64,000 bases of DNA from Minisyncoccota bacterium. Lineage in GTDB: Bacteria > Patescibacteriota > Minisyncoccia > Moranbacterales > GCA-2747515. The notes below the pieces were generated by a model. It was given only the letters and a program-made list of their open reading frames with translations, had not been told where the DNA came from and made no database searches. The position numbers and the translations under genes are program-made. Positions 36,134-45,052 of this stretch are shown in pieces. The DNA is taken from contig CALDDM010000020.1 in assembly GCA_937936355.1 (NCBI GenBank), positions 7,767 to 71,766 of the forward strand. The letters run 5' to 3'. How positions within the stretch are numbered: the first letter of the stretch is position 1; each line of letters starts with the position of its first letter.

Positions 36134-39100
36134 TTGATTTTCTCATAAAAAAAGCCCTTGATAATGCCTTTCTTACAATCATTGCATTTGCCGTCATCAT
36201 CGGAGCAGGCATCGTTGTACTAGGAAAGACACCTGTGGATGCCCTTCCTGATCTCAGTGAAAATCAGGTTGTAATCATGACACAGTGGTCAGGGCAAAGT
36301 CCACGTAATATCGAGGATCAAGTGACGTACCCACTGACAGTGAGTATGCAGGGGCTAGCTGGTGTACGTGATGTGAGAGCAATGTCGCAGGTCGGTATTT
36401 CGATGGTGACCGTGATCTTTGAGGATAACATCGACATCTATTTCGCACGTGATCGTGTGTCAGAGAGACTGGCTACAGTCAGGGCAGATTTGCCTGGTGG
36501 TGTGACGCCAGTTCTTGGTCCAGATGCGACAGGGCTTGGACAGATTTTCATGTATACACTTGAGAGTGATGCGCATACACTTACGGAGCTTAGATCATTG
36601 CAAGACTTCACGGTCCAGTACGCTCTTGAGAGCATCTCTGGTGTTGCAGAAGTAGCGCCTGTTGGCGGTTATGTGAAGTCCTATCAGGTGGTGCTAGATC
36701 CTGTGAAGCTTTCACAATATGGTATTAGCATCTCTACTGTCATGCAGGCAATTCAAGGTGGCAATAATAATGTCTCTGGAAAAGTTATCGAAGTCGGTGA
36801 TGAAGAGATTGCTGTAGAGGGAGTAGGTTTCTTCACATCTTTAGAAAGCCTTGATAACCTCACTCTCCGTGCAGGGGGAGACGGTGCAGTTGTAAAAATA
36901 TCAGATGTGGGACGTACTCGACTCTCGGGAAATGTCAGACGGGCAGTCCTTGCTGACGAAGAGGAAGAAAAAGTTGGTGGCATTGTCGTCATGCGCTACG
37001 GAGAGAATCCACTTGAAGTCATTGAGAGTGTGAAGGCTCATATTGCTGAGACCCAGAAAACATTGCCAGAGGGTGTGACAATCGTTCCATTCTATGATCG
37101 CACCACACTCATCGAAGCTGCAATTGATACTCTCCGCAGTGTTTTAACCTTGGAGATCATCATTACAGCACTTATTCTCGGAGTCTTTTTGTGGCATTTT
37201 GGATCGACAATTATCGTGGTACTTTCCCTTCTTGTGGGTGTGCTTCTGACGTTTATCTTTATGTATGCATTTGGCATACCATCCAATATCATGAGCCTTG
37301 GTGGTATCGCTATTGCGATTGGGACGATGGTGGATAGTGCGATCGTGATCAGTGAAAACGCCTACAGAAAACTCCTTGAGCAAAAAGCAAGGACACTTGC
37401 AGATCGTGTACGTATCGTAAAAGAAGCGACGCTTGAAGTGGGTAAGCCTGTTGTTTTTGCAATCCTCATCATCATCATTTCCTTTCTCCCAATCTTTAGC
37501 CTCGAAGGCATGGAAGGAAAACTCTTTGCGCCACTTGCCTTTACCAATGTCTTTGCAATGCTTGGCGCTCTCATCGCAGCACTCTTTCTTGTGCCACTTC
37601 TGAGCACCTATTTCCTCAGAGGAAAGCTACGTGAGGATCATGAAATATGGGTAGTGGTTACGCTACAAAAACTCTACAGACCTCTGCTTGCAAAAGCACT
37701 TCACTTCCGCAAAGTGACACTAGGGATCGCTGGAGGACTCCTCGTCATTGGTGGCATACTTTTCACACAGCTCGGCTCAGAGTTTATGCCAGAACTCGAT
37801 GAAGGATCGATCATGTATATGCCTATGACCGTGCCTGACGTATCTGAGGCACGTGCCACTGAACTTCTTCTCGAAACCAATGAGATCATTGCCTCTATCC
37901 CAGAAGTAGAAAAAGTTGTGGGAAAAGCAGGTCGTGCAAACTCAGCAACCGATCCAGCACCGCTTGCAATGCTTGAGACGTTTATTACACTCAAGCCACG
38001 AGATCAGTGGCGAGAGGGATATAGCAAGGGTGACATCATCAGAGAGATGAATCGTAATATCAAGATCGATAATCTCTGGAGTGGATTTACACAACCCATT
38101 ATTGGAAGGATTGATATGCTCTCTACTGGGATACGTGCGCAAGTCGGTATCAAGATCTTTGGTGATGATCCGCTTGTATTGGAAGAGCTTGCTATTGAGG
38201 CGGAAGACCTCATGGGTGAGATCCGTGGTGGTCTTGGGATTGCAGCAATCCGCACGACAGGCCTCAGGTATCTCGATATTGAATTGAATGATGAGCGTCT
38301 TGCACTCTACGGTGTTCAGAGGAAAGATGTGCTGCAAGCGATTGCTGTAGGTGTAGGAGGTGCTACTGCTGCAGTGACGGTTGACGGGCGTGAGCGATAC
38401 AACATCGAAGTGAAACTGGCGCAAGAGTATAGACAGGACATCGAAGACATCAAATCACTGACGGTACCAAGCGTGTCAGGTGGTGATATTCTCCTGGGTA
38501 GTGTCGCTGATATTGAGCTGACCAACGGTCCTGCAACAATTAACAGTGAGAATGGCGTCATCAGAAGTGCTGTGCAGATGAATGTCTCTGGTCGTGATCT
38601 CGTATCATTTGTAGATGAGGGTCGCATGCATCTTGAAAAAAACCTTGCATTACCTGATGGGTATTATGTTGAGTGGGCTGGTCAGTATGAAAACCAATTA
38701 CGTGCCAAAGAGCGGCTCATGATCATCGTGCCGATTGTGATCGGCATCATTTTTCTCCTCCTTTATCTTGCGTATAGGGATTTTGGACTAGTATCAATTG
38801 TGGCGGTAAGTATTCCTTTGAGTTTTGTGGGAGGGATCATTGCATTGTTCGCTGCAGATTTCAATCTCTCGGTAGCAGTGTGGGTAGGGTTTATTGCGCT
38901 GTTTGGCAATGCAGTGGAGACCGGTGTCGTCATCGTTGTATATCTTGAAAATGCTTACAAAAAACGCTTTGGGAAGTTGGAAGAAAATGACGATGGGAGT
39001 GATGATGTATTACCTATAACACGTGAAGGTATCTATGAAAGTGTTATGGAGGGAGCGACACTTCGCTTGCGCCCCGTTCTCATGACAGCGTTTACCTCAG

Positions 39101-39264
39101 TACTGGGTCTGTTACCGATGATTACGGCGACAGGCGTAGGGGCGGAAGTGCAGAAGCCACTTGCTCTTGTCGTTGTGGGAGGCTTGATCACTTCCATACT
39201 CCTGACACTTGTCGTGATCCCTGTGCTTTTCTCATATCTACGAGAAAGGCAGATATATAAGTAA
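36130..39264 (+). CDS. heavy-metal-efflux type RND permease (CusA/CzcA family)
   Basis: 1044 aa with 12-TM RND architecture. Length and context (MFP, MerR) fit the HME-RND family. Confidence 0.85.
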   Translation: MIDFLIKKALDNAFLTIIAFAVIIGAGIVVLGKTPVDALPDLSENQVVIMTQWSGQSPRNIEDQVTYPLTVSMQGLAGVRDVRAMSQVGISMVTVIFEDNIDIYFARDRVSERLATVRADLPGGVTPVLGPDATGLGQIFMYTLESDAHTLTELRSLQDFTVQYALESISGVAEVAPVGGYVKSYQVVLDPVKLSQYGISISTVMQAIQGGNNNVSGKVIEVGDEEIAVEGVGFFTSLESLDNLTLRAGGDGAVVKISDVGRTRLSGNVRRAVLADEEEEKVGGIVVMRYGENPLEVIESVKAHIAETQKTLPEGVTIVPFYDRTTLIEAAIDTLRSVLTLEIIITALILGVFLWHFGSTIIVVLSLLVGVLLTFIFMYAFGIPSNIMSLGGIAIAIGTMVDSAIVISENAYRKLLEQKARTLADRVRIVKEATLEVGKPVVFAILIIIISFLPIFSLEGMEGKLFAPLAFTNVFAMLGALIAALFLVPLLSTYFLRGKLREDHEIWVVVTLQKLYRPLLAKALHFRKVTLGIAGGLLVIGGILFTQLGSEFMPELDEGSIMYMPMTVPDVSEARATELLLETNEIIASIPEVEKVVGKAGRANSATDPAPLAMLETFITLKPRDQWREGYSKGDIIREMNRNIKIDNLWSGFTQPIIGRIDMLSTGIRAQVGIKIFGDDPLVLEELAIEAEDLMGEIRGGLGIAAIRTTGLRYLDIELNDERLALYGVQRKDVLQAIAVGVGGATAAVTVDGRERYNIEVKLAQEYRQDIEDIKSLTVPSVSGGDILLGSVADIELTNGPATINSENGVIRSAVQMNVSGRDLVSFVDEGRMHLEKNLALPDGYYVEWAGQYENQLRAKERLMIIVPIVIGIIFLLLYLAYRDFGLVSIVAVSIPLSFVGGIIALFAADFNLSVAVWVGFIALFGNAVETGVVIVVYLENAYKKRFGKLEENDDGSDDVLPITREGIYESVMEGATLRLRPVLMTAFTSVLGLLPMITATGVGAEVQKPLALVVVGGLITSILLTLVVIPVLFSYLRERQIYK

Positions 39265-39277
39265 TAAATAAAACACT

Positions 39278-39775
39278 ATGAAAAAAACAACATTGGCTAT
39301 AGCCATGGGAACAGTTCTGCTTGTTGGTTGCACTACAAAAAAAGAAGTTTCGACTCAAAAAGAATTAGAGGGGTTGGCACCAGAAACAATTGCTCGTGTG
39401 GAAAGTCAGAATAAAGAGACAGCAGAACTTGCACAAAATGACTTCCGTGATGACATAAAAAACGAAACGAGCACGGTCAGTGGCGAATACACAGGAGACG
39501 GATACTACGAAGTTCACGATGGTACAGTAAAAGAGGATATTGATTTTAAGTTCGTCATTGAAAATGATGTGGTTGCATCTTTTGAAATGCTTGGGGAGGC
39601 TAGCGTGCCTGACAGTGCGTGGCATCAGGAGCTTTTTATGGAGAAAGCAACACCAAAAATTGTTGGGAAGGACATCGCAACACTTGAGATTGACGTGGTC
39701 TCAGGTGCTTCAGCAACAACAGAAGGTTTCAGAAAGGCACTTCAGGACGTGAGAGAGCAAGTGTCAAAGAGCTAA
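39278..39775 (+). CDS. lipoprotein with FMN-binding-like domain
   Basis: Lipobox LVGC. C-terminal VVSGASATTEGFRKAL. Confidence 0.55.
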   Translation: MKKTTLAIAMGTVLLVGCTTKKEVSTQKELEGLAPETIARVESQNKETAELAQNDFRDDIKNETSTVSGEYTGDGYYEVHDGTVKEDIDFKFVIENDVVASFEMLGEASVPDSAWHQELFMEKATPKIVGKDIATLEIDVVSGASATTEGFRKALQDVREQVSKS

Positions 39776-40152
39776 ATTTTTAGCTTTGTGGGCTTTACTC
39801 TACAATCACGCTTCTCAAAATCTTCGATCAGTTTTTTGTGATGTTTCTGGATTTTCTTTAATTCTGTGATTTTCTCGGAGATATTTACAAGGTTCTCCCT
39901 GAGGTGTGGAAGCATTGATTGGTGTTTGCACGAGGACCACGAAAACTTCTCTTGGAGGTCCTTGATCTCCTCGAGGCTAAATCCTAAGTGACGTGACCCT
40001 ACGATGAAAAGAATTTTATCGAGATCTTCTTCAGAAAAAACTTGATAACCATTTGAGGGATCTTTCTCAGGAGACACAAGACCTTGCTTGATATAATGGC
40101 GAAGAGTATCTCGTGAGATGTGCGCCTTTTCTTGGATTTCTTTACTGAGCAT
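39772..40152 (-). CDS. MerR-family transcriptional regulator
   Basis: ISRDTLRHYIKQGLV..GYQVFSEEDLDKILFIVGSRHLGFSLEEIK, followed by a coiled-coil dimerization helix and Cys residues. Confidence 0.85.
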   Translation of the reverse strand: MLSKEIQEKAHISRDTLRHYIKQGLVSPEKDPSNGYQVFSEEDLDKILFIVGSRHLGFSLEEIKDLQEKFSWSSCKHQSMLPHLRENLVNISEKITELKKIQKHHKKLIEDFEKRDCRVKPTKLKI

Positions 40153-40173
40153 AGAGATTTTTTTAGAGAAAGA

Positions 40174-40204
40174 TTGACATGGGAGTAAGACCCACCTATA
40201 TAAT
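40174..40204 (+). promoter_or_regulatory. MerR-type promoter P3 (19-bp spacer), divergent from merR
   Basis: TTGACA-TGGGAGTAAGACCCACCTA-TATAAT. Confidence 0.6.
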
Positions 40205-40226
40205 GACTATAACATATAAAAAAACT

Positions 40227-40754
40227 ATGGATAAAAAACAGAACGTGCACTATGCGCCAGGAATACATCCTGTGAAAGAAAGGTGCTCTATAAAGGACTT
40301 TACGCCACTGATCATCGTGGCGATTGTAGTGACAGCATTCTCAGCTGTCATAATGTATGTGACAAATGGAGGATGGGAAATCTTTATGCGCATGTTTATG
40401 GCTGCATTTTTCCTCATCTTTGGTGGCTTGAAGCTTCTCAAGTTGTCACACTTTGCAACTGCCTATAGAAAGTATGATCTCATTGCAAAACACTCTCGAG
40501 TATATGCTCTGGCATACCCCTTTATTGAAATTGCTTTAGGAATTGGATATTTTGCAAATTTCATGCCAGCTATGGTGAATCTGGTGACTTTCATCATTAT
40601 GAGTATCGGTGCTTTTGGCGTGCTGCGAGTCCTCTATCGTGGTGAAAAGATTGTTTGTGCATGTATGGGGGCAGTATTCAAGATCCCGATGACAGGTGTA
40701 ACCCTTGGAGAGAATCTTCTTATGGCAGGAATGGCACTCATGACGATTATGTAA
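40227..40754 (+). CDS. MauE/DoxX-like membrane protein
   Basis: Four to five TM helices, with a CACMG motif near the C-terminus. Start moved to ATG 40227, downstream of P3. Confidence 0.55.
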   Translation: MDKKQNVHYAPGIHPVKERCSIKDFTPLIIVAIVVTAFSAVIMYVTNGGWEIFMRMFMAAFFLIFGGLKLLKLSHFATAYRKYDLIAKHSRVYALAYPFIEIALGIGYFANFMPAMVNLVTFIIMSIGAFGVLRVLYRGEKIVCACMGAVFKIPMTGVTLGENLLMAGMALMTIM

Positions 40755-40757
40755 TTT

Positions 40758-40852
40758 GGTTCGAACCTAGTCCCACTCAGGGAGCTAGCAATAAAAACAG
40801 CCCTATAGGGGTTGTTTTTTGTTGCTTACTTTGTAGCGCATAGGATTCGAGC
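40758..40852. repeat. composite M1-hairpin-M2 unit (copy g), right edge of the accessory region
   Basis: GGTTCGAACCTAGTCCCACTCAGGGAGCTA, then AAAAACAGCCCTATAGGGGTTGTTTTTT, then GCGCATAGGATTCGAGC. The reverse complement of the last part, CTCGAATCCTATGCGC, resembles the tRNA-Asn 3' end. Confidence 0.6.
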
Positions 40853-40896
40853 AGGGAAAGGGTCGGAAAACGATAGTTTTCCGTCTTAAAAAAGCT

Positions 40897-41517
40897 TTAC
40901 TTCAGAGCTCGTCTAACTACTTTTTGTATTTCAGGAACAAGGTTTTTTTCAAACCACAAGTTTTTTGCAAGCCAGATGTTGTTTCTAGGTGATGGATGGG
41001 GAAGAACACAGAATTCAGGCGCATAAGATTTCCAGTTCTTTACAGTATTTGTCAGATTTTCTTTGCATCGCTCATTCAGGAAGTACTTTTGTGCATACTG
41101 ACCAACGAGAATTGTAGTTTGAATTTGTAATAGTTCATCTAGAATTTCATTCATCCACGTTTCTGCGCATATGGGTCTGGGTGGAAGGTCGCCCGACTTG
41201 CCTTTTCCTGGGTAACAGAAGTCCATAGGAACTATGGCAACTTTATTGGCATCATAGAATTCATCATCGGATAGATCTAGCCATTCTCTTAGTCTTTCGC
41301 CGCTTTTATCGTTCCACGGCTTTCTTGATGTGATTGCTTTTAAGCCAGGAGCTTGTCCGACAATGAGGATTTTAGAATGTGCTGAAAAATTGAGGAGCGG
41401 TTTTGCGTCTTTAGGCTCAGTCCCTTTGCATATATCTGAGGACTGTATTCTCTTTAAGAGCATATCTGCGGAGGTAGCTTTGTTCTTCATAAAATCTCTT
41501 TTTGATGAAGTAATCAT
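40897..41517 (-). CDS. uracil-DNA glycosylase family protein (family 4/5-like)
   Basis: GQAPG and HPSPRN motifs. Confidence 0.75.
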   Translation of the reverse strand: MITSSKRDFMKNKATSADMLLKRIQSSDICKGTEPKDAKPLLNFSAHSKILIVGQAPGLKAITSRKPWNDKSGERLREWLDLSDDEFYDANKVAIVPMDFCYPGKGKSGDLPPRPICAETWMNEILDELLQIQTTILVGQYAQKYFLNERCKENLTNTVKNWKSYAPEFCVLPHPSPRNNIWLAKNLWFEKNLVPEIQKVVRRALK

Positions 41518-41744
41518 ATCATGGAATAATATTTAGGCGATATGAAAGTTGAAGTAACGTCTAGTACGTGGATCTAGCGATGATCCACTCGGAGAGTAAA
41601 TTTAAAAACAGCATTGTAAGCTGTTTTTAGGTAGGTAAGTTATATTTTGGTATTATAGACCACCAAGAGAATATGTTATTGCATTGCTAGCAGCATCTTC
41701 TGAAACTTGATTGAATGAATATCCTATTTCCTTTAATTTTGCAT

Positions 41745-41921
41745 TTATTTCTCCGCACTTTCCTCCCATCCGTCAGTGCCTTTTTCAATTCTCACTGCAG
41801 GCTCTCCATTTATTATCTCAAACGAAAGATCCGATATAGTATCAGGCAAATTCTCCGAAGCTTGAGTGATGAGATTTTCTATGCTTGAAAACTCTCCACG
41901 CTCTGGCTGAGATTCATTCAT
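41745..41921 (-). CDS. small acidic hypothetical ORF
   Basis: Own translation MNESQPERGEFSSIENL... (58 aa). Below the track cutoff. Confidence 0.25.
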   Translation of the reverse strand: MNESQPERGEFSSIENLITQASENLPDTISDLSFEIINGEPAVRIEKGTDGWEESAEK

Positions 41922-42122
41922 AGTACCTTTTTTATTATTAGTGTATTAGTATATCGTATGCCACTACCACAGACTATGTCTTGACTGATACGTTGCATGA
42001 AAAGAGGCTTGAGTAGCCTCTAAGGCACGGAGTAAGTCTTGAAAAGATCTTATATAAGGATTTTATATTATTGACAAATATTATTATTTGTATTATTATG
42101 ATAAAGCGTGACGTGGAGGAAG

Positions 42123-42521
42123 ATGATGAAAAAATTACGCTTAGCAGTTCTTATCCCACTATTTTTTGTTTCTTCGCATACTTATGCGGATGTGATGCAT
42201 CTAAACACTGACTTTTGTCTGAAGCGATGGGAGGCTTCTCTTGGTCAGAGTATCGTCGATGAAAGTCTCACCAATCGTGTGCAACACGCAGATGCACAGT
42301 GTGCGCTTGCGGGTTTGCTTAAAAAAATGAACATTCCTTTTGCAAGTGTTCTTGCATCGAGTATCGGATACTCAAAGGAGCGGTTGATGGATAGAAATGT
42401 TAGTTACGGAGATCTGGCATTTTCATATACAATGCCGAATAAGGACAATATGTCTGTGTTGCACTTTGGTATGGCGGGAGATGGTTCGTATTTTAATCTT
42501 TCGTATATAGTTAGATTCTGA
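42123..42521 (+). CDS. secreted hypothetical protein
   Basis: GGAGGA RBS, signal peptide MMKKLRLAVLIPLFFVSSHTYA. Confidence 0.55.
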   Translation: MMKKLRLAVLIPLFFVSSHTYADVMHLNTDFCLKRWEASLGQSIVDESLTNRVQHADAQCALAGLLKKMNIPFASVLASSIGYSKERLMDRNVSYGDLAFSYTMPNKDNMSVLHFGMAGDGSYFNLSYIVRF

Positions 42522-42729
42522 CACAGAACATCAGTGGCCCTTCTCTTATGGGGGGCCATTTTTATATTTGTTATTTAGTTAATATTTTTGAGGTTTGTTG
42601 ATGGTGGTAGGCTTTAAAAGTGGTTATTATGCCGCTAACCAGATCTGAATAAGTTGATTTTCTTGTGCCTGTAGTATAATGAGATTAAAGATTTTTAGTT
42701 GATTTTTTATTTATACGTTTTTTCATCAT

Positions 42730-44307
42730 ATGAAAAAAAAGATCATTTTTCCTATTATATTACTTTCAATTACAGCTTTTTTCGTTGTTTTGCAGACAAC
42801 GGATTTTGGCTTGATGAACATTGATGTTTTAAAGGCTGACTCTTACAATAATGTGTCCGTTCGCGGATTAATTGTTCCTGAGCAACCGGCTGGAACATAC
42901 AATGGTCCAGTTCTGTTGAAGTTTTTAGATTTACAAAAAGGTAGCTTCTTACGCTACACCACCAATGCTGCTGCTACACTCACGTGTCGTTCGGGTAAGA
43001 AATATGCCGATCCTATTCGTATCTTTAAGTCGGTTGATATGAAAGTTGTTGTGTGTGATAAGAATTATCAGGTGCAAGAGGCTAAGACACTTTCTTATGT
43101 TATTGAGAAGTGTGATTATCAGAAACAATTAAATCCTGATGGTGTGCGTCATAAAAAGAAGGCTCAGGGTTGTTGGTCTGCGAAGGCTCTGGATAATTCT
43201 CAGGCAGATCGGTGGAAGGTATTTCGCTTTGCGCCACCCCCTACAGCTGTAACGAAAGATCGATATATTCATCACCCAACGAAGGATGCGGTGACACAAC
43301 ATAAGCAGGTACTTGTGCAAGAAGACGGTGTGCATGCATGGGGTGTAAATAAATATGCCTATGTCTGGGTAAATCGTTGTCATCCGACTGCGGGCTCGAT
43401 TGATGGCTGTGGCGATAGTAAACACAGAGAAGGGAATCCGGTTTTTAACACTGTTGACTCTACGCACTATCGTGCATTCTTTAGTACGCGAGAAAAGGCG
43501 CATCATTGTACGATCGCACAAACACAAGCGATAGCAGGTACGCATAAGCAGGCTGTAGAAAACCGTTTGTTGCGATATGGTCTTTCTATGGCAACAAATG
43601 ATGCGATGCTCGTGGCTTCAGCTCAAAAATTTAATACTGCAAATGATCGCATAGCCTGGCTTGGATCGCAGGATCTTTATGGCTTGTACCTTGCACATCC
43701 TATGAACGCGAAGATGCCGTGGATTGTTGACACGTGTTATGTGCCAGAGCTTGATGATGTTGACGATACGTTGCGTGATTTAGGTTCGCATGTTCGTGGT
43801 ATTTTGTTTGACTGGGAAGTTGCTGATCGTCGTACATCGCATGAATCTATTGCCCTTATGCGTGCGATCAATCGTGAAGCTAAGAGACATCAACCACTTG
43901 AGACTGTTTTCTTTACCAATGATTTGCGATCTCCAAGTATACAGTATTCAGGCATTGATGCTGTAAGTGCACCTGTTGCGTTGGATTTATTTGATTATGT
44001 AAGTATTTGGGCGACACCAGGTTGGCATTGTATGTTTCGGCCTGATGGTATGATCAATCATTTGAATGATCAGCTGTCTATTTATGGGGCAACTGGTAAT
44101 GCGCTGCAAAAAGTATTTGTTTTGTATGATTTACTCAATGATGAGAATCATGGCGTTGCGGTGCGTAATTTTATTCAGAAAAAAAATATGGCAGGTGTCT
44201 TTTTGCATCGGAATAACTCAATACAGGATCACTGTACTTTAGATGATGCATCTCCGGTGGCGCATATATATGATCTACTTGGTATGCCAGAACCGCAAAA
44301 TCCTTAG
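42730..44307 (+). CDS. secreted/membrane-anchored hypothetical protein
   Basis: 525 aa with an N-terminal signal/anchor. Confidence 0.6.
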   Translation: MKKKIIFPIILLSITAFFVVLQTTDFGLMNIDVLKADSYNNVSVRGLIVPEQPAGTYNGPVLLKFLDLQKGSFLRYTTNAAATLTCRSGKKYADPIRIFKSVDMKVVVCDKNYQVQEAKTLSYVIEKCDYQKQLNPDGVRHKKKAQGCWSAKALDNSQADRWKVFRFAPPPTAVTKDRYIHHPTKDAVTQHKQVLVQEDGVHAWGVNKYAYVWVNRCHPTAGSIDGCGDSKHREGNPVFNTVDSTHYRAFFSTREKAHHCTIAQTQAIAGTHKQAVENRLLRYGLSMATNDAMLVASAQKFNTANDRIAWLGSQDLYGLYLAHPMNAKMPWIVDTCYVPELDDVDDTLRDLGSHVRGILFDWEVADRRTSHESIALMRAINREAKRHQPLETVFFTNDLRSPSIQYSGIDAVSAPVALDLFDYVSIWATPGWHCMFRPDGMINHLNDQLSIYGATGNALQKVFVLYDLLNDENHGVAVRNFIQKKNMAGVFLHRNNSIQDHCTLDDASPVAHIYDLLGMPEPQNP

Positions 44308-44489
44308 CTTTGTGTATGGAATTTTGTGTATTGAGGAGGGGGTGATAGCTGCACAACTTTCTTTTTCTGACATAGTTACAATCAAGTTTGGAATGGCTTA
44401 GGTGATTACATCGTTACTATGATCGGTGTGAGGTCTTGATACATCTTTTGGCTTATAAATATATTTAGAAAATTATTATCGTTACACAT

Positions 44490-45029
44490 ATGAAAAAATA
44501 TGTAGCGCTTTTGCGCGGTATCAATGTTGGGGGAAATAATACGATTAAAATGGATGATCTGAAAGTGAGCTTTACATCTGCGGGCTTTGTTAATGTTTTA
44601 ACGTATATTAATTCTGGTAATGTGATCTTTGATACTGATTTTTCACGTGAGGATGAGATTATTTCTGCTATAGAGGAATTAATTAAAAAGGATTTTGCGC
44701 TTGATATTCCCGTGGTCGTTCGAGACATTGATAATATACAAAAAATTTGTGACACAGTTCCATCTGCATGGCGCAATGATAAAGATCATAAAACAGACGT
44801 GATGTTTTTGTGGGATGAGTATGCTGATAAGCGCGTTTTGGATAAATTGCCAATCAAAAAGGGGGTAGATGTCGTTCGGTATATTGACCGAGCATGTGTT
44901 TGGCATTTGGATAAGAGTGCGCATACTCAGAGCGGCATAGGTGATATTGTTGGCACGAAGCTTTATAAGAAAATGACTGTTCGCAACATCAATACCGTGC
45001 GCAAGTTGGGGGAGCTTATGGGGGAATAG
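44490..45029 (+). CDS. DUF1697-family protein
   Basis: YVALLRGINVGGNNTIKMDDLK is a hallmark N-terminus. Confidence 0.8.
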   Translation: MKKYVALLRGINVGGNNTIKMDDLKVSFTSAGFVNVLTYINSGNVIFDTDFSREDEIISAIEELIKKDFALDIPVVVRDIDNIQKICDTVPSAWRNDKDHKTDVMFLWDEYADKRVLDKLPIKKGVDVVRYIDRACVWHLDKSAHTQSGIGDIVGTKLYKKMTVRNINTVRKLGELMGE

Positions 45030-45052
45030 GTTTTGTTGTGTGATGCTATGAT

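Noticed and set aside
33035-40852. I considered the M1-hairpin-M2 units as integron attC sites: AAC...GTT ends, an imperfect palindrome, and cassette-like blocks.
   Set aside because: There is no tyrosine IntI integrase or attI in the window. Gene orientations are mixed and some blocks carry their own promoters. The same arms abut two serine recombinase genes, and one arm is nearly identical to the rec2 3' end. I keep this only as an analogy, not a call.
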